Shown in pieces: positions 25,690 to 37,268 of a stretch of 64,000 nucleotides of DNA (position 1 is the stretch's first letter; the number at the start of each line of letters is the position of its first letter). The stretch lies in the NCBI GenBank assembly GCA_947445035.1, contig CANFCK010000001.1, positions 50,044-114,043 of the forward strand, in the 5' to 3' direction. A program made the position numbers and the translations under genes. The notes beneath the pieces are model-generated. The model worked only from the letters and a program-made list of their open reading frames with translations, was not told where the DNA came from and made no database searches. The DNA comes from Deltaproteobacteria bacterium. GTDB taxonomy: Bacteria; Myxococcota_A; UBA796; SXON01.

Positions 25690-28600
25690 CCCCCGCCCCC
25701 CTCTGTAGCCCTCACCGCCAATCGATAAATCACCGGCACCACGACGAGCGTCAGAAAGGTCGAGCTGGCCAGGCCGAAGATGATGGTGATCGCCAGCGGC
25801 CGCTGCATCTCCTGGCCTTCGCCGAAGCCCAGGGCCAGGGGCACCAGCCCCAAAACCGAGTTGAGCGCGGTGATGAGGATCGGCCGCAAGCGCAGCGCCG
25901 CCGCCTCGCGGATGGCGTCGTCCAGGCCCCGGCCTTCGCTGCGCAGGCGCGCGATGGCATCGACCAGCACGATCGCGTTGGCGACGACCACCCCCGCAAG
26001 CACGATGAGGCCGATGAAAACCACGACGCTGACCGGCGTGCCGGTGACCCACAGTCCGACCGAGACCCCGACCAGCGCCAGCGGCACCGAGAACAGGATG
26101 ACCAACGGGTCGCGGAGCGACTCAAAGGTGCTCGCCATGATCACATAGACCAGAAAAACGGCCAAAACCAGGGCCAGAGCCAAGGAGCGCAACGACGTCT
26201 CCAACTCCCGATTCTGCCCTGCCACCTCAAGCTCCACGCCCGCCGGCAGCCCCGCCCCCCGCAGCGCCGTCTCCGCCGCCTCTGCCGCACCGGCCAGATC
26301 GAACCCAGCCACGTCCGCTGACAGCACCACCGCCCGCCGCTGGTCGATGCGCCGCACTTCCGACGGGCCTTCCCCCTCTTCTACAGTCGCGACCGTGTCC
26401 AGGCGCACTTCCGGCACCAGCGCCGGGTTCACGTTGATGGCGCCCAACGCTTCCACGCTGTTGCGGTCACGCTCCTGGAGGCGCACCAGCAGATCGATGC
26501 GGCGCTCACCCTCGGCGATGCGGGTGGGCCGCTCGCCCTGGATTTTGGCCCGGACGGCACGCGCGACGTCGCCCACGCCGATGCCCAGCGCCGCGAGCCG
26601 CTGCCGGTCGTAGCGGACGCGAACTTCAGGGTAGCCGGCGGTCATCGAGGAGTGGACCTCTCGCAGTTGGGGCACCTCGCTGAGCGCCGCCAAACCCAGC
26701 TCGGACGCGGTTCGCAGCGTGCTCAGCTCGGGGTCGTAGAGCACCACCTCGACGGGGGTATGGAAGCTGAAAAGCGCGGGGCGGGCAAAGCGGGAGCGCA
26801 TCTTGGGGAAGGCCAGAAGCTCGGTGCGGATGGCCGCCATCGCGACGTCCTCCCGCGCTTCGAGGTCGCCGCCGGGGGCCAGCTCCACCAGCACGCGCGC
26901 CGTGTTTTCTCCCTCGTCGGGCTTGGCGTCCGCGCGCCGCTCGGTGCCGACGACCGCGTACACGGCCTCGACACCATCGAGCTGATAGAGCCGCGCCTCC
27001 AACTGCTGCACCAGGGCGTCGGTGCGGGCCAGCGGGGTGCCGACGGGCATCGCCAGCTCCACCGTGAAGCGGCCCTGGTGTACGTCGGGAATGAGCTGGG
27101 CGCCCACGTCGGCGAAGGCGATTGCGGCAGCGAGCGTACCGGCGATAGCGACGACCAAGACCCGCGTCGGCCGATTCAGCCACCGATCCAGCAAGCGAGC
27201 GAAGGCCCCTTCGGCCACGGCGTACTGCTCCAAAAAACGGTCCGCGAGCCACACGGTGCCGCGGTTGACGGTGCCGAGGACCACGAAGAGCACCCGCAGC
27301 CCCAAACGTGCCGCCCAGCCGGCCAGCACCGCAAAGAGCACGGCCGCAGACGCCAGGATGCCGTGGGTGACGAAGCGCACCAGGGCCCACGGCCAACGCC
27401 AGAGGGCGCGGCGTTGTCGTAGGGTCGCCCACGCGTCGCGCGGCGTGCTGGACGCGATGTCGCGGGCGCGGGCAGGCGGCGCGGAGAGGGTCAACTGCCG
27501 AGCCGCAAGCATGGGAATCACGATGAGCGCCACGCCGAGCGAGGCGAGCAGCGAAAAGACCACGGTCAACGCGAGGTCCCCAAAAATCTGGCCAGCGACG
27601 CCTTCGACGAACACGATGGGGAAGAAGACCGCGATGGCGGTGAGCACCGACGCGAAGACGGCGGTCGCCACCTCGGCCGTGCCGGCTATCGCCGCTTCTT
27701 TTCTACTCTTTCCCGCGTCGATGTGATTCTGGACCGACTCCAGCACCACCGTGCCCGAGTCGATGACCATGCTGACGCCGAGCGCCAAGCCCCCGAGCGA
27801 CATCAGGTTCAGACTCAGGTCGCCCACGTACATGACGCCGAAGGTGGCGAACAGACAAATCGGGATCGCGGTGGAGATGATCGCGGTGGTGAGCCAATCG
27901 CGGAGGAACACGAAGGTGACCAGGATCGCGAGCAGGCCGCCGAGGATGCCGTCGCTGGTGAGGTTGTCGAGCGCCCCCTCGACGAACTGGGCCTGGTCGT
28001 CCAGCACCCTCGCTTCCATGCCGTCGGGCAAAAGCCGCCCCTCGCCCTCGACGCTCAGCGCCGCTTTCACCTGCCGCGCCACCTGCACGAGGTTGGCGTC
28101 GGCTTCTTTGTAGACCTCGATCTCCACCGAGGCCACGCCGTCCAAACGCGCCACCACCTCGCGGTCGGCGTGCCCCTCGGAAACATCGGCCACATCGCCG
28201 ATGCGGACGCGCTTTCCGTCGGGACGCACAACTTGTAGTTCGCGCACATCCTCGATCGAGCGGAACTCGTTGAGGGTGCGGATCAGGTACTCGTTTTCCC
28301 CCTCGCGCACGAGCCCGCCGGCGACGTTGACGTTTTCGGCGCTCAGCGTCGCCCGCACCTGATCCAGGCTGACGCCCCGCGCCACCAGCCAGTCTTCCCG
28401 CGGCTCGACGAGCACCAGCCGCTCCAAACCCCCGCGCACGCTCACCGCCGCGACGCCGTCCAGGGCCTCCAGCCGGCGCTTGACCTCTTTCTCGGCGACC
28501 TCGCGCTGCTGAAGTTGCGAGCCGCCACCGGTCAGCGCCACCCGCAGGATCGGCTGGAGGGAGGGGTCGTAACGCAAGATCAACGGCCGCTCGATCCCGT

Positions 28601-28955
28601 CCGGCATCCACGTGGTCTGCAGGCGCTCGCGCACGTCCTGCATGGCCGCGCCCATCGGCGTGTCCCAGTCGAACTCCAAGACCACGTCGGACAGCCCCGC
28701 GCGGCTGCGGGACTCGATCGAGACCACGCCCTCCACGGTCGAAAGCGCCTCCTCGACGGGGCGGCTGACCTGCGACTCGACCTCCTCGGGCGCCGCGCCG
28801 CTGTACTCGGTGCGCACGGTGAGGGTCGGGTAGGAGATGTCCGGCATCAGGTCGAGCGGCAGCTGCCCGAACGACACCCAGCCGAAAACGAAGACCGCCA
28901 CGGTGACCATGAGCACGGTGACCGGATGGTCGACGACCCAGCGATAGAAGCCCAT
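25662..28955 (-). CDS. RND efflux transporter permease (AcrB/MdtB-like)
   Basis: 1097 aa with full RND architecture. It lies directly downstream of the adaptor gene with a 6-nt gap. Confidence 0.93.
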   Translation of the reverse strand: MGFYRWVVDHPVTVLMVTVAVFVFGWVSFGQLPLDLMPDISYPTLTVRTEYSGAAPEEVESQVSRPVEEALSTVEGVVSIESRSRAGLSDVVLEFDWDTPMGAAMQDVRERLQTTWMPDGIERPLILRYDPSLQPILRVALTGGGSQLQQREVAEKEVKRRLEALDGVAAVSVRGGLERLVLVEPREDWLVARGVSLDQVRATLSAENVNVAGGLVREGENEYLIRTLNEFRSIEDVRELQVVRPDGKRVRIGDVADVSEGHADREVVARLDGVASVEIEVYKEADANLVQVARQVKAALSVEGEGRLLPDGMEARVLDDQAQFVEGALDNLTSDGILGGLLAILVTFVFLRDWLTTAIISTAIPICLFATFGVMYVGDLSLNLMSLGGLALGVSMVIDSGTVVLESVQNHIDAGKSRKEAAIAGTAEVATAVFASVLTAIAVFFPIVFVEGVAGQIFGDLALTVVFSLLASLGVALIVIPMLAARQLTLSAPPARARDIASSTPRDAWATLRQRRALWRWPWALVRFVTHGILASAAVLFAVLAGWAARLGLRVLFVVLGTVNRGTVWLADRFLEQYAVAEGAFARLLDRWLNRPTRVLVVAIAGTLAAAIAFADVGAQLIPDVHQGRFTVELAMPVGTPLARTDALVQQLEARLYQLDGVEAVYAVVGTERRADAKPDEGENTARVLVELAPGGDLEAREDVAMAAIRTELLAFPKMRSRFARPALFSFHTPVEVVLYDPELSTLRTASELGLAALSEVPQLREVHSSMTAGYPEVRVRYDRQRLAALGIGVGDVARAVRAKIQGERPTRIAEGERRIDLLVRLQERDRNSVEALGAINVNPALVPEVRLDTVATVEEGEGPSEVRRIDQRRAVVLSADVAGFDLAGAAEAAETALRGAGLPAGVELEVAGQNRELETSLRSLALALVLAVFLVYVIMASTFESLRDPLVILFSVPLALVGVSVGLWVTGTPVSVVVFIGLIVLAGVVVANAIVLVDAIARLRSEGRGLDDAIREAAALRLRPILITALNSVLGLVPLALGFGEGQEMQRPLAITIIFGLASSTFLTLVVVPVIYRLAVRATEGGGGQAQSTGTA

Positions 28956-28961
28956 CCGGCG

Positions 28962-30209
28962 CTAGCCCGCGCCCGGCGTCGTGACCGCCGGGGCCTCGGC
29001 CTCCTTCTTTTCGATCAGCGGGTCGCCCGGGAGGCGGACACGAGCGTCGTCGCGGAGGGACTGGTTGCCCACGGTGACGACGATGTCGCCCGCCACCAGT
29101 CCGCTGGTCAGCTCGGTGATGGTGCCGTCGTCAAAACCAAGCTCGACCTGGACCTTGTGGGCGCGCCGATACACGCCGGGAATTTCCGGCTCTTTCTCCT
29201 CTTCCTCGGCACCGCCGAAAAGCGCTGCGAACCAGCCGCCATCGGCCTCCTCTTCGCCCTCTTTGTCGCCGTCCTTCTTCTTTTTGTCCTCGTCGGTCTC
29301 GGGCGGCGGGCCTTCCAACAGCTGGTACACGTAGGAGCGCCCTTCTTCCCAGACGACGCCGCGGCGGGGGATGGTGACCACTCCGTCGTGACGCGCGACT
29401 TCGATTGCCACGGTGACGTACTGGCCCGGGCGCAGGGCGGCCTGCCCCGGGTCCATCGCGACGGTCACGCGCACGGTTCCGGTGGCGGTATCCACGATCG
29501 GCGCGACGCGGACCACCTTCCCGGTGGCCGATACCGCGTCGTCGTAGGCGCTGACGATGCGGGCGGGCTGATCAATCGCGACGCGCGCGAGGTCGCGCTC
29601 GGGCAAAGCAACCACGACCCGCAGTCGATCCAGGTCCACGACGGTAAACGCCGGGGTTCCGCCCGCGATCTCGCCGAAATGCACGTTGCGTGCCGCAAGC
29701 ACGCCATCGATGGGGCTTTCCAGGCGGGTGAACCCCCGGGTGGCGCTGGCCTCCTGGTGGGCCGTTCGGGCCGCCGCCAACGCGCGCTGGGCGCCATCGT
29801 ATTCGGAGCGGCTCAGCGCCCCCTGGTCGAACAGCCGCTGCGCCGCCGCGGCATCGGCCTCCGTGCGCTCCAGTTCGGCGGTGGCGCGCTCATAGGCGGC
29901 ATCGAGCTGCGGCGACGCGATGACCGCGAGCAGCTGCCCCCGCGTGATGCGGTCGCCCTCTTCCACGTAGATCCCGGTGACGACGCCCGTCGCCTCCGGA
30001 ACCAGCACGGCCTGCCCCTCGCTTTCGACCGCGGCGCTGGCCAGGACGTGATCCCCTACCGCCCCGAGCGCCGCCGCCTGCACGTCCACGAGGATGCGCG
30101 GGTCGACGACCGGCTCGTCTTCCTCGTTTCCGCCCTCGCCACCTTTGCCTCTGCCGTCGCCGCCCGAACACGCCAGCAAAAGGACCACCAACGGCATGAA
30201 CGGGTGCAT
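28962..30209 (-). CDS. Efflux RND periplasmic adaptor (MFP/HlyD family) lipoprotein
   Basis: MHPFMPLVVLLLACSG is a lipobox. The body has a lipoyl-like half-motif, a coiled-coil hairpin (AAYERATAELERTEADAAAAQRLF) and beta-barrel domains. The start is taken at the ATG 30207..30209. Confidence 0.88.
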   Translation of the reverse strand: MHPFMPLVVLLLACSGGDGRGKGGEGGNEEDEPVVDPRILVDVQAAALGAVGDHVLASAAVESEGQAVLVPEATGVVTGIYVEEGDRITRGQLLAVIASPQLDAAYERATAELERTEADAAAAQRLFDQGALSRSEYDGAQRALAAARTAHQEASATRGFTRLESPIDGVLAARNVHFGEIAGGTPAFTVVDLDRLRVVVALPERDLARVAIDQPARIVSAYDDAVSATGKVVRVAPIVDTATGTVRVTVAMDPGQAALRPGQYVTVAIEVARHDGVVTIPRRGVVWEEGRSYVYQLLEGPPPETDEDKKKKDGDKEGEEEADGGWFAALFGGAEEEEKEPEIPGVYRRAHKVQVELGFDDGTITELTSGLVAGDIVVTVGNQSLRDDARVRLPGDPLIEKKEAEAPAVTTPGAG

Positions 30210-30305
30210 CGGCCGCTCTCCTAATCGCCGCAGCACACCATCGGGGACGCTCGCTGACGATCACTTACATTCTCGCCTCCAGGACCCGCGCTACGATCCG
30301 AACCC

Positions 30306-31154
30306 GTGCCGCTGTTGATCGACCTGCTCGCCTTTCTGCCGCTCGCGATCGCTGCCCCCGATCCGTCGTGGGTGAGCGCGCGTGATGCGCTGGTGCTGGA
30401 CGCGGGAGACTCGAAGCTCCGCGGCTGGGAAGTCAGCGATGACTGGCGCCAGCGGGTCTTGGCGATGGACGTCCGCGCTTGGCAGAATGACCGGGCGACG
30501 GCGATGTTGGCGTGGTCGGCGGCGCCCTCGGCCTACCGGGGCGCGCTCTTCCGCTTCGGCGATCCCCGCCTGCACACCCCGGCCGCGGCCGGCCCACTCC
30601 TGGCGCGCTTGGCGTGGGGGGGCGACGGCGAGCCCGTCCGCATCGCGCTTGCAGAGGCGATCGTCCACACCGGCGGCGACTGGGCTGAGGCGGTGATCTT
30701 GATGCTCCCCGACGAGCAGAGCGTGGCCGTGCGCAAGGTTTTGGTCGAGGACGGTCGCGTGGCCCCCCCTCCCTTCGCGGCCGCGTTGGTCGCCGCGGGA
30801 TTCGCCGACGAGGCCACCAGCGTTCGTGCCGCCGCCGCCCGCACCGCTCCGTGGGTGACCCCGACGAGCGCAGTGGCGCCGCGTTTGTTGGCGGCGCTGA
30901 GCGACGCGGACGCCGACGTGCGCAGCGAAGCGGCGCGGTCGGTGGGGCTTTTGGATGTCGAGGGCGCGTGGCGGCCGCTGGTGTCCCTCCTGGCCGATTC
31001 GGACGCGCGTGTGCGCCTGCAGGCGCTCAAGGCCTTGCAACGGCTCGACGCGGTCAACGCCGCGACGCTCCCCCAGATGGAAAGCCTGCGCAACGACACC
31101 GACGGCCGCGTTCAGCGGGCGGCAGCGGGCGGGTCGGGCTCATCGGGGGAGTAG
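30306..31154 (+). CDS. HEAT-repeat protein
   Basis: Repeated LLxALSDxDxxVRxxAAxxLG units (for example LLAALSDADADVRSEAARSVGLL and LVSLLADSDARVRLQALKAL). GTG start. Confidence 0.75.
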   Translation: MPLLIDLLAFLPLAIAAPDPSWVSARDALVLDAGDSKLRGWEVSDDWRQRVLAMDVRAWQNDRATAMLAWSAAPSAYRGALFRFGDPRLHTPAAAGPLLARLAWGGDGEPVRIALAEAIVHTGGDWAEAVILMLPDEQSVAVRKVLVEDGRVAPPPFAAALVAAGFADEATSVRAAAARTAPWVTPTSAVAPRLLAALSDADADVRSEAARSVGLLDVEGAWRPLVSLLADSDARVRLQALKALQRLDAVNAATLPQMESLRNDTDGRVQRAAAGGSGSSGE

Positions 31155-31159
31155 GGGCC

Positions 31160-31498
31160 CTACGCCACCACCCCCGAAAGCGGCGAAACGCCACTCACGA
31201 ACGAGGCAGGATCGAGATCAGCGAGCACCAGGAGCGTGCCGCCGAGCGATTCCGCGCTCAGGACGGCGCCGTCGGCTGCCAGCTCGCACGTCGTCGGATC
31301 GATCGTACGACCGTACCAGTTGCTGTCCCACCCGCCGACGCTGCGCCCGACGTCGTTCTGGGCGTGGGTGTCCCACCCGTTGGCGCCGCTGTCGGCCTGC
31401 AGGGTCACGCAGCGCGAGACGCCGAGCGAGAGCGCGGCGTCGGGGGAGCCGGCGGGACGGAGGCGCGCGGCAGCGCGGCGGGCGAGCCAGCGGTCCAC
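31160..31498 (-). CDS. Hypothetical protein (GWDTH motif)
   Basis: It fills the gap between two genes and has good third-position GC. It contains ANGWDTHAQN, reminiscent of DUF1501 sulfatase-like proteins, but is far too short to be one. Confidence 0.4.
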   Translation of the reverse strand: MDRWLARRAAARLRPAGSPDAALSLGVSRCVTLQADSGANGWDTHAQNDVGRSVGGWDSNWYGRTIDPTTCELAADGAVLSAESLGGTLLVLADLDPASFVSGVSPLSGVVA

Positions 31499-31556
31499 GA
31501 GGCTTTCGCTGGGCCGCCGAGGACCAGGCCTGGGTGAACTTCTGGTGTCGCCCGAC

Positions 31557-32081
31557 CTACCGATACTGGGCGGTCAACTCCACGCTCTCGATCACCGCGT
31601 GGTCCCCCGCCGGGCGCACCTTCGCCACCTGCACCCGCCCGTCCATGACCGCCATCACCACCAGCGCCTCGGGACCGAGCACCGAGCCCGGCGAGACCAC
31701 GATCTCCGAGCCGTCAGGAAGACCGAGCACCGCGCGCGGCGGCTGGGCTTGCGCCATGGTGCTCACCAGCCGCACCGGGAACTGGCCGACACCGGCCACG
31801 ACGGATGACACGGGCACCTCCGAGGGCGCGCGCGCAGCGACAGCGACGGCGGCGTCCACGGGGTCGAGCGCGCCTCCGTCCTCCTCGTCCTCGCCTGCAC
31901 CTTCCCCCGACATCTCCTCGCTGCTGATCCGGAACGGCTCCGGCTCGGCGAACCGCGGATCAGCGGCCCCTGTCGCGACCACCGGCGGGGCGGGGGCCGC
32001 CACGGATGCAGGCGAGAAGACACTTCCGGAGGTCGGCATCGACTCGCAGGCACCCAGGAGTAGCCAGAACATCCGTGTCAT
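31557..32081 (-). CDS. Hypothetical lipoprotein (weak PilP-like layout)
   Basis: MTRMFWLLLGAC is a lipobox. An acidic linker is followed by a C-terminal beta-rich domain (RAVLGLPDGSEIVVSPGSVLG...VMAVMDGRVQV). Confidence 0.6.
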   Translation of the reverse strand: MTRMFWLLLGACESMPTSGSVFSPASVAAPAPPVVATGAADPRFAEPEPFRISSEEMSGEGAGEDEEDGGALDPVDAAVAVAARAPSEVPVSSVVAGVGQFPVRLVSTMAQAQPPRAVLGLPDGSEIVVSPGSVLGPEALVVMAVMDGRVQVAKVRPAGDHAVIESVELTAQYR

Positions 32082-32113
32082 GTAATCTGCCGAGGGTGTG
32101 TTAGGGGCGGAGC

Positions 32114-33988
32114 ATGCCGGGGATCGGGCGGGAGATCACCGTCAGCACCAACGAGCCGCCCACCGTCGAGGTGGTGCTGATGCCCCCGAACTCGCCGTTT
32201 GCGGCGACGATCGGCCAGATTGCGCTCGGCCTGGGCGCCGTGCTGGTACGGCCGGACTGCGTGATGTCGCCCGAAATCGCGGTGCGAATTGTGGTCGTCG
32301 ACCTCACACGCATCACGACGCCCGCCCGGCTGAACAACCGATGCATCGTCATCTCGGACGACGTCGGGTTCACGGCATGGGACGTGATCCCTCCGGATGA
32401 GGTGTCCACCCGCCTGCCGCGCGCCCTGCGCAACCTCGTGGACATCGAGATTCTCCGCACGCGCGCCGAAGGCGAACGGGAAACGATCGCGGTCCTCAAC
32501 AAGATCGGGTACGCGCTCTCCGCGATCACCGACCGCACCAAGCTCCTGGACGAGCTGCTCACCCACAGCCGACGCGCACTGCGCGCAGACGGCGCCAGCA
32601 TCTACCTCATCGACGAAAGCTCGGCGGGTTCGGATGCGACGTTGGGCGGGGCGAGGGTGGGGCGCACCATCCGGTTCTCGGCCGCACAGAACGACACGGT
32701 CCCGTTCTTCCCGCCCCGCGCCGTGCTCCCGGTGGACGACTCGAGCCTCGTCGGTTTTGTGGCCAACCGCGCCCTTCCGATGAACATTCCCGACTTCCGC
32801 GCGCTCCCCAAGGAAGTGCCCTACCGTCCTTCCGGCGGGTTCGACCGGGCGACCGGCTACCAGACCCGTTCGGTCATGGTGGTGCCGCTGATGGACCGAG
32901 ACGGTCGGGTCATCGGCGTCCTGCTTTTCGTCAATCACAAGCCGGTCGCGGGCATTCCGCTGGCCACCTTCGACCGGGTCAGCGCGTTTTCAGACCGGCA
33001 TCTCGCGCTGGCGCGGTCGGTCGCGTCGCAAGCCGCGGTCGCACTTGAAAACTATAGGCTCTATCGGGAAATCACCATGCTCTTCGACGGTTTTGTCGAG
33101 GCATCCGTCACCGCGATCGAGGCGCGGGACCCCTCCACCGGCGGGCACTCGCACCGGGTGGCGCAGCTCACCGACCTCCTGGCCCGGGAGGTCACCGAAA
33201 GCACCGAAAAACCGTTCACGCACGTGCATTTCAACGCCCGGGAGCTGACCGAGCTGCACTACGCGGCGATGCTGCATGACTTCGGAAAGGTCGGCGTACG
33301 AGAGGAGGTGCTGCTCAAAGCCGCTCGCCTGCACCCTTGGGAGCTGGCCCAGATCGAACAACGCTTTCGCGTCGCGTCGCTTCATGCCCAACTCGAAGCC
33401 ATCAAGGAGCACTCGCCGCCCGACATGCTCCCGGGGCGCCTCCGCCAGTTGCAAGAGGACCTCACGCTCGTCCGGCGCCTCAATCGACTCGGCCGCGTGG
33501 GCGAGCCCGAGGGCGTCGCGATCCGCGCGGTCGCCGAACGCTGGCGCCTGAGCGAGGCGGAGCCGGTGCTTCACGCCCGGGAAGTGCGTCGGCTGTGCAT
33601 TCCGCATGGCACTCTCGATCCGGACGAACGCCTGGAGATCGAGCGCCACGTCGAGCACACCTACCGCTTCCTGCGGGTCATTCCCTGGACGCGCGAGCTT
33701 CGGAACGTGCCCACGCTCGCCTATGCCCATCACGAGAAGCTCGACGGCACCGGTTACCCGCGCCGCCTGCGCGGTGAGGCGATCCCCTACGGCGCGCGGC
33801 TGATGACCGTCGCCGACATCTTCGACGCGTTGACCGCCGGCGATCGGCCGTACAAGGGCGCGATGTCGCCCGAAAAGGCGATTCACATCCTCCGCACCGA
33901 GGCCAGCGCGGGCAAAGTGATGTCCGAGGCCGTCGAACTGTTGAACACGCGGCGTTTGTGGACACAAATCGTCGAACCCGGCAGCTGA
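32114..33988 (+). CDS. GAF domain / HD-GYP domain cyclic-di-GMP phosphodiesterase-type protein
   Basis: HSHRVAQL, LHDFGKVGV and HHEKLDGTGYPRRL (the HD and GYP signatures) are present. A GAF-like region (LLDELLTHSRRALRADGASIYLID) lies upstream. Confidence 0.9.
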   Translation: MPGIGREITVSTNEPPTVEVVLMPPNSPFAATIGQIALGLGAVLVRPDCVMSPEIAVRIVVVDLTRITTPARLNNRCIVISDDVGFTAWDVIPPDEVSTRLPRALRNLVDIEILRTRAEGERETIAVLNKIGYALSAITDRTKLLDELLTHSRRALRADGASIYLIDESSAGSDATLGGARVGRTIRFSAAQNDTVPFFPPRAVLPVDDSSLVGFVANRALPMNIPDFRALPKEVPYRPSGGFDRATGYQTRSVMVVPLMDRDGRVIGVLLFVNHKPVAGIPLATFDRVSAFSDRHLALARSVASQAAVALENYRLYREITMLFDGFVEASVTAIEARDPSTGGHSHRVAQLTDLLAREVTESTEKPFTHVHFNARELTELHYAAMLHDFGKVGVREEVLLKAARLHPWELAQIEQRFRVASLHAQLEAIKEHSPPDMLPGRLRQLQEDLTLVRRLNRLGRVGEPEGVAIRAVAERWRLSEAEPVLHAREVRRLCIPHGTLDPDERLEIERHVEHTYRFLRVIPWTRELRNVPTLAYAHHEKLDGTGYPRRLRGEAIPYGARLMTVADIFDALTAGDRPYKGAMSPEKAIHILRTEASAGKVMSEAVELLNTRRLWTQIVEPGS

Positions 33989-34003
33989 GCCTGGCGCGGC
34001 GGA

Positions 34004-37000
34004 TCAGACGTTGCGGCGGTACTCTCCGCCCACTTCGTACAGGGCGTGGCTGATCTGCCCGAGGGACGCGACACGAACGGTGCGCATCAGCTCTGCGAAC
34101 AGGTTGCCGCCGTCGAGCGCCACCTGCCGCAGGCGGGCCAGCGCCTCCGGTGCGTCGGCACGGTGTTTTTGTTGGAAGGCCGCTACGGCATCGATCTGAG
34201 CTTGCTTCTCAACGGCGCTGCTGCGGCGTAGCTCGATGGTGGGCGGCTCCCAAGCGGCGCCGAGCGTGGTGGGGTCCTGAAAGGTGTTGATGCCGATGAT
34301 CGGCAAGGTACCGTCGTGCTTCTGCTCCTCGTAGAACAGCGATTCTTCCTGAATCTTTCCGCGTTGGTACTGCGTTTCCATCGCGCCGAGCACGCCCCCT
34401 CGGCTGTCGATGCGCTCGAACTCGACAAGCACGGCCTCCTCGACGAGATCGGTCAGCTCATCGACGATGAAGCTGCCCTGGAGCGGGTTCTCGTTCTTGG
34501 CCCAGCCCAGCTCCTTGTTGATGATCATCTGAATCGCCATCGCACGGCGCACGGACTCCTCTGTCGGTGTGGTCACAGCCTCGTCGTAGGCGTTGGTGTG
34601 CAAGGAGTTGCAGTTGTCGAAGAGCGCGAGGAGCGCCTGAAGACTGGTACGGATGTCGTTGAACTGAATCTCCCGCGCGTGGAGCGACCTGCCGCTGGTC
34701 TGGATGTGATACTTCAGCTTCTGACTACGTTCATCGGCGCCATACCGCTCCTTCATTGCGACGGACCAGATGCGCCGCGCCACCCGACCGATGACCGTGT
34801 ACTCGGGGTCGAGGCCATTGCTGAAGAAGAAGCTGAGGTTTGGGGCAAAGTCGTCGATCTTCATTCCGCGCGCCAGGTAGTACTCCACGAAGGTGAAGCC
34901 GTTGGAGAGCGTGAACGCCAGCTGGCTGATGGGGTTGGCCCCGGCTTCGGCGATGTGGTAGCCCGAGATGCTGACGCTATAGTAGTTGCGAACGTCGTTT
35001 TCGACGAAGTAACTCTGGATGTCGCCCATCATCCTCAGCGCAAACTCGGTCGAGAAGATGCAGGTGTTCTGCGCCTGATCTTCTTTGAGGATGTCCGCCT
35101 GGACGGTGCCGCGCACCGTTCGGAGCACATGGGCCTGAATCGCCACGTTCTCCCCCGCGTCAGGGGCTCGGCCGTGCGTTGCGAGAAAGGCGTCCACCTG
35201 CTGGTCGATCGCGGTGTTCATGTACATGGCCAGCAGCATGGGCGCTGGGCCGTTGATGGTCATGCTCACGCTGGTGTTCGCCGCGCAGAGGTCGAATCCC
35301 CCGTACAAAACCTTCATGTCGTCGAGCGTCGGCACACTCACGCCGGACTCTCCGATCTTCCCGTAGATGTCGGGCCGGATGGCAGGGTCTTCGCCGTAGA
35401 GCGTGACGCTGTCAAACGCAGTCGAGAGGCGCTTCGCGGGCTCGCCCTGACACAGGTAGTGGAACCGGGCGTTGGTCTTGGCCGGCCCTCCCTCACCCGC
35501 GAACATCCGCTTGGGGTCCTCGTTGGTGCGCTTCAACGGGAAGACACCGGCGGTGTAGGGGAAGAAGCCCGGAAAGTTCTCCAGCATCGACCACTGGACG
35601 ATGTCGCCGTCATCGGTGAATCGCGGTGTAGCGATGCGCGGGACCTTGAGCCGGCTGAGCGAGAGGCTGACCAGCGGCTGGGTGATGGCCTTGCCGCGCA
35701 CCTCGTAGGTATAGGTGTCCTGCCGGTAGCGCTCTACCAGCGGTGCGTAGGCGCCCAACAAGGTGTCGGCGTCAGCGTCGAGCGTGATGGCATCGCGCTT
35801 GTGGAGGAGTGCCACCCCCAGCTCCGGCACCTCAGCCGCGGCACGAACGAGCGCCTGGCGGCGTCGGGCACGGCTGGCGTTGTCGGCGGCGCGGCGACGG
35901 TAACCGCGGCAGGTGTCGCTGATCTCCCCGAGATACCGCTGCCGATCGGGCGGGACGATGCGCCGCCGAGGCGGGCTGGCGCGGGTGCCGGGGTCGGGGA
36001 CGGAGCTCGGGTAGGCCCGGCCGGTGTGCTCGGCGAGCTCACCCAAAAGCGCCAGGTACGCGGCGTTGACGCCCGGGTCGTTGAACTGCGAGGCGATGGT
36101 CCCGAAGACCGGCAGCGCTTCGTCAGGCGTAGAGAAGAGCTCGCCGTTGCGCTTGACCTGTTTGCGCACGTCCCGCAGCGCGTCCTCGCCACCACGACGC
36201 TCGAACTTGTTGACCACCACGAGGTCCGCGTGGTCGAGCATGTCGATCTTCTCGAGCTGGCTGGGCGCGCCGAACTCCGGCGTCATCACGTAGACCGCGA
36301 TGTCCGCCAGCTTGACGATGCCGGCATCGGACTGGCCGATGCCGCTGGTCTCCACAAAGATGACGTCCACCCCGGAGGCGCGGCAGATCTCGACGGCTTC
36401 AGCGGTCGCGGCGCTCAATTCCCCCTTTTCGCCGCGCGTTGCCAGCGAGCGCATGAACACGCCGTCCCCGTGGATGGCGTTCATCCGGATGCGGTCGCCC
36501 AACAAGGCGCCGCCGCTCTTCTTTCGGGTGGGGTCGATGCTGAGCACGGCGAGGCGGTGCGCCGGAAAGTCGCGCCGGTATCGACGAACCAACTCGTCAC
36601 AGAAACTCGACTTTCCAGCGCCGCCGGTGCCGGTCAAACCGATGATGGGAGCTGGGTTTTTGACGGCCAGCGCGGCGATCTGGGCCGCGGTCTCGGCCGG
36701 GAGACGATCGTTTTCGGCCAACGAGATCGCACGGGCGATGCTGCCGGCCCGACCGTGCGTCAGCCCCACCAGGACATCGCTCCCCACGCCGAGGTCGAAG
36801 TCGGACCGGCGCATCAGGTCCTCGATCATCCCCACCAGGCCCATGCGGCGGCCGTCTTCGGGACTGTAAATGCGCTCCACCCCATAGGCGTGGAGCTCCC
36901 GAATCTCTTCCGGGACGATCACCCCGCCCCCACCGCCGAAAACCTTGATGTGCCCGGCGCCGAGCTCACGAAAGAGGTCGACCATGTATCGGAAATACTC

Positions 37001-37228
37001 GTTGTGGCCGCCCTGGTACGAGCTGACCGCCACCGCCTGGGCGTCTTCCATGATCGCCGCATCGACGATCTCGCGCACCGACCGGTTGTGCCCGAGGTGG
37101 ACCACCTCGGCACCAAGGCTCTGCAAGATGCGCCGCATCACATTGATCGAGGCATCGTGCCCATCGAAGAGCGATGCCGCGGTCACGATGCGGACCGGGT
37201 TCACCGGATGGAAACGTTGGCTCTGCAC
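34004..37228 (-). CDS. icmF: Fused isobutyryl-CoA mutase (B12-binding + MeaB-like G protein + mutase catalytic domain)
   Basis: 1074 aa. The N-terminal B12 domain has [10 protein letters not shown] (the DxHxxG-type His ligand region). The central P-loop is [12 protein letters not shown]. The C-terminal part is a methylmalonyl-CoA-mutase-like TIM barrel. Confidence 0.92.
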   Translation of the reverse strand: MQSQRFHPVNPVRIVTAASLFDGHDASINVMRRILQSLGAEVVHLGHNRSVREIVDAAIMEDAQAVAVSSYQGGHNEYFRYMVDLFRELGAGHIKVFGGGGGVIVPEEIRELHAYGVERIYSPEDGRRMGLVGMIEDLMRRSDFDLGVGSDVLVGLTHGRAGSIARAISLAENDRLPAETAAQIAALAVKNPAPIIGLTGTGGAGKSSFCDELVRRYRRDFPAHRLAVLSIDPTRKKSGGALLGDRIRMNAIHGDGVFMRSLATRGEKGELSAATAEAVEICRASGVDVIFVETSGIGQSDAGIVKLADIAVYVMTPEFGAPSQLEKIDMLDHADLVVVNKFERRGGEDALRDVRKQVKRNGELFSTPDEALPVFGTIASQFNDPGVNAAYLALLGELAEHTGRAYPSSVPDPGTRASPPRRRIVPPDRQRYLGEISDTCRGYRRRAADNASRARRRQALVRAAAEVPELGVALLHKRDAITLDADADTLLGAYAPLVERYRQDTYTYEVRGKAITQPLVSLSLSRLKVPRIATPRFTDDGDIVQWSMLENFPGFFPYTAGVFPLKRTNEDPKRMFAGEGGPAKTNARFHYLCQGEPAKRLSTAFDSVTLYGEDPAIRPDIYGKIGESGVSVPTLDDMKVLYGGFDLCAANTSVSMTINGPAPMLLAMYMNTAIDQQVDAFLATHGRAPDAGENVAIQAHVLRTVRGTVQADILKEDQAQNTCIFSTEFALRMMGDIQSYFVENDVRNYYSVSISGYHIAEAGANPISQLAFTLSNGFTFVEYYLARGMKIDDFAPNLSFFFSNGLDPEYTVIGRVARRIWSVAMKERYGADERSQKLKYHIQTSGRSLHAREIQFNDIRTSLQALLALFDNCNSLHTNAYDEAVTTPTEESVRRAMAIQMIINKELGWAKNENPLQGSFIVDELTDLVEEAVLVEFERIDSRGGVLGAMETQYQRGKIQEESLFYEEQKHDGTLPIIGINTFQDPTTLGAAWEPPTIELRRSSAVEKQAQIDAVAAFQQKHRADAPEALARLRQVALDGGNLFAELMRTVRVASLGQISHALYEVGGEYRRNV

Positions 37229-37268
37229 GGCTACCCCGACCAGGGCCGCGATCTAACCAGCGTGACGG

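Noticed and set aside
31160-31498. Calling this ORF a DUF1501 / sulfatase-like enzyme on the basis of GWDTH.
   Set aside because: The call rests on a single short motif. The ORF is about a quarter of the family length and the other family segments are absent or out of order. It is kept only as a hypothetical protein.
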